The notes under the pieces: generated by a model
Database searches by the model: none
The model's input: only the letters and a program-made list of their open reading frames with translations
Told to the model about the DNA's origin: nothing
Position numbers and translations under genes: made by a program
Shown here: piece by piece, positions 45,321-54,717 of the stretch
Layout: each line of letters begins with the position of its first letter
Numbering within the stretch: the first letter of the stretch is position 1
DNA from: a virus
IMG/VR virus record: IMGVR_UViG_3300042890_006166
Location: 1 to 64,000 of that record
Length of the DNA: 64,000 nt
Strand: one strand, 5' to 3'

Positions 45321-46319
45321 ATGAATTTTAGGGAATTATTTTTATCTAAAAAAATATTGGTTGTTGGTGATTCTATTTTGGACCACTATGTTTATGGAAA
45401 GGTTCATAGAATATCCCCGGAAGCACCAGTTCCAGTTGTTCTGAAAAGCAAAGAGCAATTTTTTCTAGGTGGAGCAGCAAATGTCGCTCAGAATATTACA
45501 GCCTTCGGAGCCAAGTGCACTTTATTGACTTTGGTAGGAGATGACGAAGATGGAAAAATGTTGTTGAAAAAATGTAACGAAAAAAATATAGATCCGATTT
45601 TCGTCCACGAGCAAGATAGACCAACAACGAAAAAAACCAGGATTATAGGAAATAAACATCAAATTGTCAGAATCGACGTTGAACAAACACATGATTTATC
45701 ATATGATTCTAGTTTGAGAATCATTGAGGAATTTGAAAAACAAGTTCAATTGCATGACGGTGTGATTTTTCAAGATTACGGAAAGGGATTATTTACAGAT
45801 TTCATATTAACTTCTTTGATTGAAATATCAAAGAAATACTCGAAAGAAATTTTGGTAGATCCTAAGGAACCTGATCTTGGTAGATATCAAGGAACAGATC
45901 TTATCAAGCCAAATTTGAATGAGTTCAAGGCTATGGTGAATATTAAACCTGAACAAGATTTAGAAATTAGTCAGATCGTAAATTATGCTCAACTGGTGAT
46001 GGAAGAATTCGACTATAAATATTTCCTAATTACTTTATCAGAAAAAGGAATGTTGTTGGTGGGGAGACACTTTTCTCATCATGTGCCTGGTATAAATGTA
46101 GATGTTTCAGATGTTTCTGGAGCGGGGGACACGGTTAGTTCAGTTTTCAGCTTAGGGTTTTTTTCTTGCACATACGATTTTGTATCCAAGTCGAATTTGA
46201 TCCGAATAGCAGAACTGGCTAATCTGGCAGGATCTTTAGTGTGTAGACATTCTGGAGCAGTCCCAGTTGACCCTGGAGAATTAGAAGAATTATTCGAAAA
46301 AAATCCAATTTTTTCCTGA
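45321..46319 (+). CDS. hldA/rfaE1: D-glycero-D-manno-heptose-7-phosphate kinase (HldE/RfaE domain I, PfkB family)
   Basis: ILVVGDSILDHY..G.V.RISPEAPVPVV, LGGAANVA.N, RPTTKKTRI, Q..RID.E, DYGKG, KPNLNE, DVSGAGDTV; no adenylyltransferase domain. Confidence 0.9.
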   Translation: MNFRELFLSKKILVVGDSILDHYVYGKVHRISPEAPVPVVLKSKEQFFLGGAANVAQNITAFGAKCTLLTLVGDDEDGKMLLKKCNEKNIDPIFVHEQDRPTTKKTRIIGNKHQIVRIDVEQTHDLSYDSSLRIIEEFEKQVQLHDGVIFQDYGKGLFTDFILTSLIEISKKYSKEILVDPKEPDLGRYQGTDLIKPNLNEFKAMVNIKPEQDLEISQIVNYAQLVMEEFDYKYFLITLSEKGMLLVGRHFSHHVPGINVDVSDVSGAGDTVSSVFSLGFFSCTYDFVSKSNLIRIAELANLAGSLVCRHSGAVPVDPGELEELFEKNPIFS

Positions 46320-46360
46320 TTTAATTTTTTTTTTGCAGGGTTTAGTTCTACATTTACATC

Positions 46361-47698
46361 ATGATAAACGAACTAAAAATCCTATCGACACTCGAATCTT
46401 TAACTGGAAACGGGTCACAAAAAGAGAAGCAAAGATTGCTCTCAGAGAACCTTACCGAGGTGATGTCATACCTTTTGGACGTGTGTTTCAATCCCTTTGT
46501 AACGACCAAGTTACACAAGCTTGATTTACACCCAACCCCTATCGGGGAATTCCCTGGTTTCGATGTTTTCAAGTCCCTAATGGAAAGTTTAAAATCAGCT
46601 CCGGCTGCCAACGACAACCTTAGAGGTCAAGCCACATCACTCATCAATTCCCGTATTTCGGAGGATCCAATCGAAGACAAACAACTTCGGGAAATTCTAA
46701 TGAAAATCCTCACCAAAAGAATGAATATAGGTATAGGAGCCAAATTGGTCAACAAAGCAATTGGTAGAGAACTTATACCAGATCCCTCTGTGATGCTAGC
46801 TTGTGACGATCAGAAAGAAATTGCCAGCTGGGGAAAGATCTACTGTGAAGAAAAATACGACGGTGTTAGAGTAATTGCTGTAGGGGACAGAGAAAAAGGA
46901 TTCCAATTTTACACCCGAGCCTTCAACGAGTTGGATAAAAGTAGACTTTATTACATAGAGCGAGATTTAATCAATATTCTCCACAATGCTAACATCGTAG
47001 GAGAAGTATTTTTTGATGGTGAACTAACCGACATCAACAGAAAGTCAGTGTCAGGAAAGGTAACTCAAATTCTGAAGGGCACAGCACCACAAGATATTGA
47101 CAAGGAATTTATATTCAATGTGTTCGATTTAGAAAAGGCTTCAGTACTAAAAATTGGACACGGTACTACGCCTTTCATACAAAGAAGAAAAGAATTGGAA
47201 TTCTTAACTGCCTTTTTGTCTCTGAATTCTCAGGTTAAACTTGCCAGACAGTGGGTGGTAGATTCCATGGAAGAAACCCAAAATATTTATGGACTAATTA
47301 TTTCCTTGGGTGGAGAGGGTGTTATTCTTAAACCAGGTCACCACGTATATGAGTGTAAACGTAGTAAAAGTTGGGTCAAATTGAAGCAAGTTCAAGATTG
47401 TGATCTGGAAATCACCGGATGGTATCCCGGAGAAGGTAAAAGGGAAGGATTCATCGGGGGTTTCATTTGTACCGATGCCTCTAGAACTTTGGATGTGAAG
47501 ATAGGATCTGGATTTACTGATGTCGATTTGAAAACTCTCAGTTCCAATCCAGATCAATGGATTGGCCGGGTGGCAGCTGTTCAATTCAACGAGCCTATTA
47601 CAGACAAATTCGGCAATCGGAGCCTGTTTCTTCCCCGTTTTATCGAAGTTAGAACCGATAAAAATCAGGCTGACGACATGACTTCTTTTTTCAAGTAA
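46361..47698 (+). CDS. lig: ATP-dependent DNA ligase
   Basis: EEKYDGVR, FDGEL, FNVFD, EGVILK, YECKRSKSWVKLK, GSGFTD, FLPRF. Confidence 0.95.
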   Translation: MINELKILSTLESLTGNGSQKEKQRLLSENLTEVMSYLLDVCFNPFVTTKLHKLDLHPTPIGEFPGFDVFKSLMESLKSAPAANDNLRGQATSLINSRISEDPIEDKQLREILMKILTKRMNIGIGAKLVNKAIGRELIPDPSVMLACDDQKEIASWGKIYCEEKYDGVRVIAVGDREKGFQFYTRAFNELDKSRLYYIERDLINILHNANIVGEVFFDGELTDINRKSVSGKVTQILKGTAPQDIDKEFIFNVFDLEKASVLKIGHGTTPFIQRRKELEFLTAFLSLNSQVKLARQWVVDSMEETQNIYGLIISLGGEGVILKPGHHVYECKRSKSWVKLKQVQDCDLEITGWYPGEGKREGFIGGFICTDASRTLDVKIGSGFTDVDLKTLSSNPDQWIGRVAAVQFNEPITDKFGNRSLFLPRFIEVRTDKNQADDMTSFFK

Positions 47699-47743
47699 GG
47701 GGAAACCTTTATTCGAATTTTCATAAAATTTAAAAGAGGAATT

Positions 47744-48694
47744 ATGGTTAATCAATTACTGACTGAAAAGCTTAGGCCCCGGGAACTGAAACATATGATT
47801 TTGCCGGATCGAATCCGAAATTTATTTGACGGCAAACCATTGGCACAGAACGTTTTGTTGGCTGGATCACCTGGCTGTGGTAAAACAACTTTGGCTAAAA
47901 TTTTAGCCGCCAATTCTCCACATCTTTTCATCAACGTTTCAGACGAAAGTTCGGTAGATGTGATTCGAACTAAAATCAACGATTTCTGTTCTACTCTAAG
48001 TATCATGGATGGAAAATCTGCTTTAAAGGTGGTTATTCTAGACGAGTTCGATGGAGCATCGGATCAATTCTACAAAGCCCTTCGTGGAACTATCGAAAAA
48101 TTTGCTAAGAATGCCAGATTTGTAGCCACGTGTAATTGGATAGCCAAAGTACCAGAGGCTATCCAATCCCGATTTGAAGTGATCAATTTTGATCCAGTAA
48201 ATTCCGAAGAAGAACAGGAATTGAAAGCAGAGTGGAGAAAAAGGATTGGATTGATTTTAGAAAAACTTTCTATCTCTATTGACTCTGATGCTTTAGATGC
48301 TTTCGAAAGAGATTTTTTTCCCGATTTAAGATCTGCTTTAAATAAAATTCAAGCTTGGTCGATAGAAGGACTACAAACCATCGATGCCAAAAAAGTAAAA
48401 GATTCTTCCTATTCACACGAAGAACTTTACCGTTTAATTTGTGATGGCAAAAACCCAATTGAAAATTATCAGTTCATTGTGTCACAATATTCTGGTAAAG
48501 TTGATTCTGTCATGTTAGCCTTGGGTGATGAATTTGTTGGTTGGGTCCAGCACCATCGTCCAGAACTGGCTAAAATAATTCCGGCGGTTATCGTTATGGT
48601 AGCCGAACACCAAGCACAACGAATGTTGGTTATTGATCCCATAGTTTCTTTGCTGGCCTTGGTGTTTAAAATACAAAAACAAATTCAAGCTTAA
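47744..48694 (+). CDS. g44: Clamp loader large subunit (T4 gp44/RFC-like AAA+)
   Basis: EKLRP, GSPGCGKTT, VILDEFD, ALRGTIE, TCN, SRF, PDLR. Confidence 0.92.
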   Translation: MVNQLLTEKLRPRELKHMILPDRIRNLFDGKPLAQNVLLAGSPGCGKTTLAKILAANSPHLFINVSDESSVDVIRTKINDFCSTLSIMDGKSALKVVILDEFDGASDQFYKALRGTIEKFAKNARFVATCNWIAKVPEAIQSRFEVINFDPVNSEEEQELKAEWRKRIGLILEKLSISIDSDALDAFERDFFPDLRSALNKIQAWSIEGLQTIDAKKVKDSSYSHEELYRLICDGKNPIENYQFIVSQYSGKVDSVMLALGDEFVGWVQHHRPELAKIIPAVIVMVAEHQAQRMLVIDPIVSLLALVFKIQKQIQA

Positions 48695-49005
48695 TGGAAC
48701 TTCTACCTGACGAAATCAAAAAGAATACCTTTATTTATCGACTTCTTAAAAGGGGTGAAAAGGCGATGCTGTACGAGCAATTCTGTTCAGATTCAGAAAA
48801 GGTAATTGCCTGGGAGGTATTTAAAAGAAAAATAGACCAACCAAAAGAGGTTTTTGGAGTACAGTTAGGAGAAAGAGAAATTTTTCCTGGTAACGAAGAT
48901 TTCGGCAAGTGGGCTTGGGCACCTTCCACTTATACCAAAGCAGAATTCATTTTCAACCAGTTGGAACAAGGTTTAAATCACAGAGGTTACGAAGATGGAG
49001 AATAA
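48694..49005 (+). CDS. Hypothetical protein
   Basis: 103-aa ORF coupled (TAATG) between replication genes. Confidence 0.7.
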   Translation: MELLPDEIKKNTFIYRLLKRGEKAMLYEQFCSDSEKVIAWEVFKRKIDQPKEVFGVQLGEREIFPGNEDFGKWAWAPSTYTKAEFIFNQLEQGLNHRGYEDGE

Positions 49006-49624
49006 TAATTCGGGTCCTAAAATCCACTTAGATTTTAATCCAAACCGATCCGATGAGTGGTTGTATGCCTCGAGTTTATTTTACACCAAAAAAATAAAAA
49101 GGTTAATCCTGTGTGGAAAGGGCGGAGCAGGAAAAGACCACCTTCGACAACTTTTGGAAGAGAAAGGTTTCAAGTACTGTGTTTCTCACACCACCCGACC
49201 CCGACGGACAAACGAAAAAGAAGGAAAAGACTATTTCTTCGTTGAAAATTTGGAGCATTTTGAAATCCTTAAAGGAATGTTCGAAAGGAAAGAATTTTAC
49301 GAGGTGAACCTTTTTGCTGGATGGATTTATGGAACTTCAATTCAAGAATTCAATTCCAGCAATTTAATGATTCTAACTCCTTCTGGTATTGCTAATCTTA
49401 AACCAGATGATAGAAAAGAGTCTTTCATTATTTTCTTAGATATAGATTCAAAAACTAGGAAATCTAGGTTGTCTGTAAGAAAGGATGCCGATTCTGTTGA
49501 TAGAAGATTACGAACGGACGAAGAAGATTTTTCGAATTTTTCGGACTTTGATTTTAAAATAACCGATCCTAATTTTGTTGTAGGTTCAGAAATTTGGTTT
49601 GATTTAAAGTATTACAATGATTAA
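48995..49624 (+). CDS. gmk: Guanylate kinase-like protein
   Basis: GKGGAGKD P-loop, SHTTRPRR.NE.EGKDYFFV, YGTS. Confidence 0.85.
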   Translation: MENNNSGPKIHLDFNPNRSDEWLYASSLFYTKKIKRLILCGKGGAGKDHLRQLLEEKGFKYCVSHTTRPRRTNEKEGKDYFFVENLEHFEILKGMFERKEFYEVNLFAGWIYGTSIQEFNSSNLMILTPSGIANLKPDDRKESFIIFLDIDSKTRKSRLSVRKDADSVDRRLRTDEEDFSNFSDFDFKITDPNFVVGSEIWFDLKYYND

Positions 49625-50750
49625 CATTCTTATAGACGGAAATTACATTTTCCACAAGACTTTTGGAATCTTCGGAGGTTATGGATCAAAAGACCCAGGA
49701 GAGGTTCTAAAAACTAAAAACGATCAGGCTATGTTTATCCGAAAGATAGCCACGGATCTTTGTGCTGCTTTAAGAGAATTGCCCACGGGAGGAAGACTAG
49801 TTTTCACAGCAGATTCCAGAAGTTGGAGAAAAGACGTTGAAATTGAAGGTGGAGGTTACAAGTCTAAAAGGGTTAAAGACGAAACCGTAGATTGGTCTAT
49901 CTTTTTCAATTTGCTTGATTCTTTTGGTAGACAACTGGAAAAAATGGGATTTATTTATTCTCGGGCGGACGGCGCCGAGGGAGATGATCTTTTGTATTTC
50001 TGGGCAGACTATTTTACAACTAAAGGTCAAAATTGTATTATTGTTTCCGGAGATAAAGATCTTCACCAACTTGCCCGTTGGAAGGGGGAGAATTGGACCA
50101 TAGTGTGGTCCAATAATTCCAAAAATAATGTTGTTTCTTCCCCCGTAGACTGGAAGAAAAATTGGCTAGAACAACAGGAACAAGTTTCAATTTTTGAAAT
50201 GTCTGAAGCGATTCAACCAGATAAAAGTAAACTTAAAAAATGGATTGAAAACCTTGTTCTGAATGAAATCACTCCTCGTGATTTTATTTTTGTTAAAATG
50301 CTAATTGGAGACGATGGAGACGATGTTCCTGGGGTGTGGAACTTCGAGGCCACACCTGGTAAGATCTCCAGAATGACACCCAAAAGGGCAGAGCAACTTT
50401 TGGAATCCCTTCAGCATTCAAAATGGGCTAAATCTTCTTTCCAGGATCTGCTAATTGATGATGAATTTTTAGATTGGTCAGCAGGTTACATTTTAAGATT
50501 GACTAAAGATGTTGACTCAAAAGAAAACAGACAGAAAGCTTCTCAAAATTTGCTTCGAAACTATAAACTCATGTGGTTGGATAAAATGGTTATGCCAGAA
50601 TGGGTAATATCAAATGTCGTAGCCGAAATTAAGCGTGGTATAAATTTGGATCGAAGATCTATCACGTTAGATAGAATTAAAATTTTAGAAGGGACCGAAT
50701 GGGTTACTGCTACATCCATTCCTAAAATGTACAACCCATTTCCTGATTAA
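49617..50750 (+). CDS. 5'-3' exonuclease / flap endonuclease (T4 RNase H-like)
   Basis: LIDGNY, DSRSWRK, YKSKR, EGDD, SGDKDLHQL, LIGDDGDDVP. Confidence 0.9.
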   Translation: MINILIDGNYIFHKTFGIFGGYGSKDPGEVLKTKNDQAMFIRKIATDLCAALRELPTGGRLVFTADSRSWRKDVEIEGGGYKSKRVKDETVDWSIFFNLLDSFGRQLEKMGFIYSRADGAEGDDLLYFWADYFTTKGQNCIIVSGDKDLHQLARWKGENWTIVWSNNSKNNVVSSPVDWKKNWLEQQEQVSIFEMSEAIQPDKSKLKKWIENLVLNEITPRDFIFVKMLIGDDGDDVPGVWNFEATPGKISRMTPKRAEQLLESLQHSKWAKSSFQDLLIDDEFLDWSAGYILRLTKDVDSKENRQKASQNLLRNYKLMWLDKMVMPEWVISNVVAEIKRGINLDRRSITLDRIKILEGTEWVTATSIPKMYNPFPD

Positions 50751-50752
50751 TT

Positions 50753-51187
50753 ATGGAATTGTTCGATGTCGTTAAAGCTATTTTTGGACCTTCCAAAATC
50801 TGGGAATCTGTCGGAAAGGCAGATAAGGTCAGAAATTTCTTTATGATTAACCGTTTTATGGCCATTCAATTTCCTAACCAAGCCCACGAATTTAACAACA
50901 CAAAGATTGTTCCTGAACAGGTTTTGAACTGGTGGCACTCTGTCCTTTCACTTAAGTTTGGTAAAGCACCAAAGTGGATATACACCACAACTTCTAAAAA
51001 GGACCAAAAAAAATCTGACCAAAAGTCACAAAATTTTCAGGAAGTAGAAGATTTCATAAGATACCGATATGAACTCAGTAAAAGAGAGCTTCAAGAATTG
51101 AAACAATTTTTTCCTACTGAATATCATGATTGGATGAAATCACTTTCCCAGCAGATGGGGAAGGAAAATCAGAAAAAGGATATATAA
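50753..51187 (+). CDS. Clamp loader small subunit (gp62-like)
   Basis: FMINRFMA..FP...EFN, KAPKWI, FI..RYELSKRE pattern resembles gp62. Confidence 0.6.
   Translation: MELFDVVKAIFGPSKIWESVGKADKVRNFFMINRFMAIQFPNQAHEFNNTKIVPEQVLNWWHSVLSLKFGKAPKWIYTTTSKKDQKKSDQKSQNFQEVEDFIRYRYELSKRELQELKQFFPTEYHDWMKSLSQQMGKENQKKDI
51179..51186 (+). promoter_or_regulatory. GATATATA putative late promoter
   Basis: At the end of the gp62-like gene, before ATG 51211. Confidence 0.55.
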
Positions 51188-51210
51188 GATAGAAAATAAT
51201 TTTTCAAGCC

Positions 51211-51747
51211 ATGGAGAAAGGTATTCAAAAAATTGTCGACAAGCTAGTTCAAAGTTTGGACTGGGATTCTATCCTTTTGATTCACCAGGCATTTAAGCAT
51301 GGAACAGGTCAGGGGAGCGAGGTTATCCCGGGTTTGAAAAGAAAAAATTACGACCAAAATTTAGGAATTAAAGACCTAAAACACGAGCTCAAAACTATTT
51401 TGAAGTATGTGGTAGAAAACGACTATCAGTCTTTCACCTATGGTAATTGGATTGTTACTTGGTACAATCAACAGTGGAACGATGAAACTGTTATTGAAAC
51501 CTTAAGTCAGGAAGACGAAGAATTTGAATTGGAAATAGAAATGCCTAACACTAAGCTAGAGGTAATTTATGCTCCTCAAAGGATTTGTATAACAATGAAT
51601 ACTGGTGAAAGTTCAGGTCAATCAGCACCCTCTGATATAAACACACTCAAGATCATGTTGGAAAATGCTCTTTCAGAGGAAAACTACGAGATGGCACAAA
51701 AGATTCAAGACATTCTTAAAATGTCCCAAAAACCAGAGGAGATTTAA
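51211..51747 (+). CDS. Hypothetical protein with C-terminal UVR (UvrB/C) motif
   Basis: LKIMLENALSEENYEMAQKIQDIL. Confidence 0.7.
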   Translation: MEKGIQKIVDKLVQSLDWDSILLIHQAFKHGTGQGSEVIPGLKRKNYDQNLGIKDLKHELKTILKYVVENDYQSFTYGNWIVTWYNQQWNDETVIETLSQEDEEFELEIEMPNTKLEVIYAPQRICITMNTGESSGQSAPSDINTLKIMLENALSEENYEMAQKIQDILKMSQKPEEI

Positions 51748-51771
51748 GATACATATAAAAAAAGTTGTCTC

Positions 51772-52254
51772 TTGAAGTACATTCTCACCCTAAATGAATT
51801 TTTTGACACTGGAGTTTTTGGCGACACCTATGGATACGGCGGAGCCAACGGTATTTTCAAGGTTCAATATAAGCCATACAAGGATCTTTCTGTTAGTGTA
51901 GGACCAGACCCAAGAGTTCCTAGAAACATTCCTGGTTCTAAATTTCAAGTGGGTGATATTGTCATAGGAGTACCCATAAATGGTGATAAGAAGGTGGCGG
52001 GCATGGTTGTTAAAAATGTATTGGCCCCAGATCACAAATCATATCGTTTTTTTGTTCAGATTCACACCAAAGGTAAAAAGGATCAAAAAGTTCTAGAACT
52101 AAAGCCTGACACGGTCGAGTTCGTAGACATGGGAGACAAAGGTCACCGTCAAGTTGTATCCCAGTATAAATTCAACGATATGCCAGGTGATGCCTACAAC
52201 TCTAAAACTGTTTACACCAATCCTGGTTTAGGAATTGAAGCAGTCGGAAGTTGA
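51772..52254 (+). CDS. Hypothetical late protein with capsid-targeting-like N-terminus and SH3-like segment
   Basis: TTG start MKYILTLNEF after GATACATA; FQVGDIVIG. Confidence 0.7.
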   Translation: MKYILTLNEFFDTGVFGDTYGYGGANGIFKVQYKPYKDLSVSVGPDPRVPRNIPGSKFQVGDIVIGVPINGDKKVAGMVVKNVLAPDHKSYRFFVQIHTKGKKDQKVLELKPDTVEFVDMGDKGHRQVVSQYKFNDMPGDAYNSKTVYTNPGLGIEAVGS

Positions 52255-52288
52255 GAAACTTTTATTTGTTCTTCCTGTAAAGCACAGG

Positions 52289-53170
52289 ATGATTTTAAGC
52301 AAAACCCCACACAAATTAGGTTCTATTGCTGGGAGCTTGAATTTTCCAAAGTCTGGAGAAATATCGGCTGCTGAATTTTTAAAATCTATCTCAGAAACAG
52401 TTGAAAAACATGTAAAGAATGGTATAGATGTTACCTGTTTTCAATTATCGGAATCCAATTTAAATTTTCCAGATTTTTCCGATTTGGAAGAGGAACATCC
52501 AGATCTTATTTCACTCGACGAATTGAGCCAACGAATTAGGATTCAGGGTCATCGAATTTTATTTTTTCTATCTTCATATTTTTTCTTGGGATCAAAATTG
52601 CCAGATTCGGTTGAACAAACCCACACGATGATTGGCAAGCTGGCCTCTTTGGTAGAAGGTCTTGGCATATCTGAACCCTGTATTTTACTTCGTGTTGGTA
52701 GTGCCTATGGAAACCGAAAAGAAACTTCCCAAAGATTTTGCCAAGAGATTTCAAAATTTCCAATCACAATCAGGAATATGTTGGCAGTCACGAACGACGA
52801 CAAGCCAAGTTTATTTTCTGTGACCGATTTGTTATCTGGGGTTTTTTATCCGGCAAAAATTCCAATATGTTTTAGATCTCTGGCTCATCAATTTAATTCA
52901 GGGGGTTTGAATTTCAGGGAGGCACTTTTTTTATCATGTTCCACTTGGGAAGCTCCACACAAACCAATTTATTTTCACGGGGAAAGTTCCATGATAGATG
53001 ATAAGGGGATTTCCCTTTCGGCTTCCCCTGCACAACGTTTATCGCACAGAATTCCAACCTTTGGATTAGATGTAGATGTAGTTGTAGAATCACCCGATTC
53101 ATTTAAATCATGTCTTTTATATTTGTCTCAGCATAAATCTTTAATCCCATTAGTAATACCGAAAATTTGA
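52289..53170 (+). CDS. UV-damage endonuclease (UvsE/UVDE) homologue with substituted metal ligands
   Basis: VGSAYGNRK...RF, NDDK..FSV.DL, IPI.F, STW...KPI.FH.ES, D.DVVVES follow UvsE; start placed at ATG 52289 (track uses TTG 52235). Confidence 0.7.
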   Translation: MILSKTPHKLGSIAGSLNFPKSGEISAAEFLKSISETVEKHVKNGIDVTCFQLSESNLNFPDFSDLEEEHPDLISLDELSQRIRIQGHRILFFLSSYFFLGSKLPDSVEQTHTMIGKLASLVEGLGISEPCILLRVGSAYGNRKETSQRFCQEISKFPITIRNMLAVTNDDKPSLFSVTDLLSGVFYPAKIPICFRSLAHQFNSGGLNFREALFLSCSTWEAPHKPIYFHGESSMIDDKGISLSASPAQRLSHRIPTFGLDVDVVVESPDSFKSCLLYLSQHKSLIPLVIPKI

Positions 53171-53185
53171 TTCAAAATAAAAATT

Positions 53186-53887
53186 ATGATTCCAATTAGT
53201 ACCTTAAAAAATTGTTTGTTCTTTGATGTTGAAACTGCCGGATGGTGCCCAAATCTAGAATGTCTTCGGGAAGAAAATCCAAGATTGGCTAAACTTTGGG
53301 AAAGAAGAGTGAAGTACTACAAATCATATCCTGAATTCCAAAATGCCACAAGTGATGAAATTTATTTGCAGAAAGCGGGTCTTGAGCCAGAATATTCAAG
53401 AATCGTGTGTGTTTCTTTTGGTATGATCAATGAGGATGAGACATTTAAATTTGTTTCCTTTTATGGGGAGGACGAGGAAGACATTTTAATTAAAACCAAA
53501 AAAGTTTTTGTTAACTCCTCGACTAAAAACATGAAATTAGCTGGACACAATATCAAGGGATTCGATGTGCCATGTGTGGGTAAAAGAATGATGTACAATG
53601 GTATTCAACCACCTAGCAATTTGGTGGTCTGGGATAAGAAACCTTGGGAAATTCCCTATTTAGATACCTCAGAAATTTTTGCATTTGGAAGCTGGAGTCA
53701 ACAAAAATACTTGAGTTTAGATTTACTTTCTTGTTCTCTGGGTGTTGAATCCCCAAAAGAAGATATAGATGGATCACAGGTTCATTTCACCTTCTGGGAA
53801 GAAAAAGACATTGAAAAAATTAAGATCTACTGTGAGAAGGACGTTGAAACGGTAATTAAGGTTTTACTCACAGCGAGTAAAATGTAA
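53186..53887 (+). CDS. DnaQ/PolB-type 3'-5' exonuclease
   Basis: FFDVET, RIVCVS, GHNIKGFD.P, KPWE...DT, SL..L...LG..SPK..IDGS.V, YCEKDV. Confidence 0.88.
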   Translation: MIPISTLKNCLFFDVETAGWCPNLECLREENPRLAKLWERRVKYYKSYPEFQNATSDEIYLQKAGLEPEYSRIVCVSFGMINEDETFKFVSFYGEDEEDILIKTKKVFVNSSTKNMKLAGHNIKGFDVPCVGKRMMYNGIQPPSNLVVWDKKPWEIPYLDTSEIFAFGSWSQQKYLSLDLLSCSLGVESPKEDIDGSQVHFTFWEEKDIEKIKIYCEKDVETVIKVLLTASKM

Positions 53888-53908
53888 ATCTTGTTCGGAA
53901 TTTATTTG

Positions 53909-53916
53909 GATATATA
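53909..53916 (+). promoter_or_regulatory. GATATATA putative late promoter
   Basis: Before TTG 53938. Confidence 0.6.
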
Positions 53917-53937
53917 GTCCAAATAAATGTCCGGATT

Positions 53938-54708
53938 TTGGGATTTTCTGTTTCAAACTTTGATGAATTTTTAGGTGAAAATGATTTGGGCCGTGCCCAA
54001 TCATCTCCTGTACTTTCTCCAAAAATATGGGATAAATATAAACATCATTCTGGCCAAATTAAATGGGATTTAGATCCCATTGTAAGAAAAAAATTACTTC
54101 GAATATCCGAAACATTCGTCCAAAATGTTGAGGATTCAATTGGTCATAAATGTGAAGTTTCGGATGTTCGTTTAGTAGGTCCCATGTGTGGACCGAAATA
54201 TACTGAGGATTCACCTTTAGAAATTGAGATTGTTTTTGATTTGGATTCGCACAGCGAATCCAAAGGATTGGTGGCAGAAAAAATAAACCACCAGGCTTTT
54301 TTGTGGCATTCAAATCCAGAAACTACTTTAAGGGGACATGAGGTTGAACTTGAGGTTTTAGGCGAAGGGGAATCCCTATCTAAATCTGGTGTTTATTCTT
54401 TGAAAGAATCTAAATGGAAAAAGTTACCCAATTTGGAAGAAAATGAAAATTTCGATCTAGACGAAAAAAGCGCCATCAATGTTTGTTATCTACTAGAAAA
54501 GTTAGAAAGAATCCAAAATTCTGAATTTACAGATCCTAAAGTCGAAAAACAGATTATTAAAAAAGTTCAGGCTAAACTTGGTAAACTAAGAAAAAAAGCT
54601 TTCGATGGAAATTCCAAAACTTTGTTAGAAAGTTCATCTTATCATAAGCTCCTTAAAGGTGGATACATAAAGAGGCTTGTTAAAATCCTAGATCTGAAAC
54701 ATAAATAA
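53938..54708 (+). CDS. Phage nucleotidyltransferase-fold protein, apparently catalytically degenerate
   Basis: L.PKIW...VRKKLL.I...F, D..L.G, T.RGH.VEL, S.SGVYSL...KW.K.P framework; GS and DxD positions read GP and PLE. Confidence 0.55.
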   Translation: MGFSVSNFDEFLGENDLGRAQSSPVLSPKIWDKYKHHSGQIKWDLDPIVRKKLLRISETFVQNVEDSIGHKCEVSDVRLVGPMCGPKYTEDSPLEIEIVFDLDSHSESKGLVAEKINHQAFLWHSNPETTLRGHEVELEVLGEGESLSKSGVYSLKESKWKKLPNLEENENFDLDEKSAINVCYLLEKLERIQNSEFTDPKVEKQIIKKVQAKLGKLRKKAFDGNSKTLLESSSYHKLLKGGYIKRLVKILDLKHK

Positions 54709-54717
54709 TAATAAAAT

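Noticed and set aside
53927-53974. 15-codon ORF (MSGFWDFLFQTLMNF) overlapping the start of the NTase-like gene
   Set aside because: Too short to support, and the TTG 53938 frame gives the conserved-looking FDEFLGE leader; a frameshift was considered but has no slippery site or motif gain.
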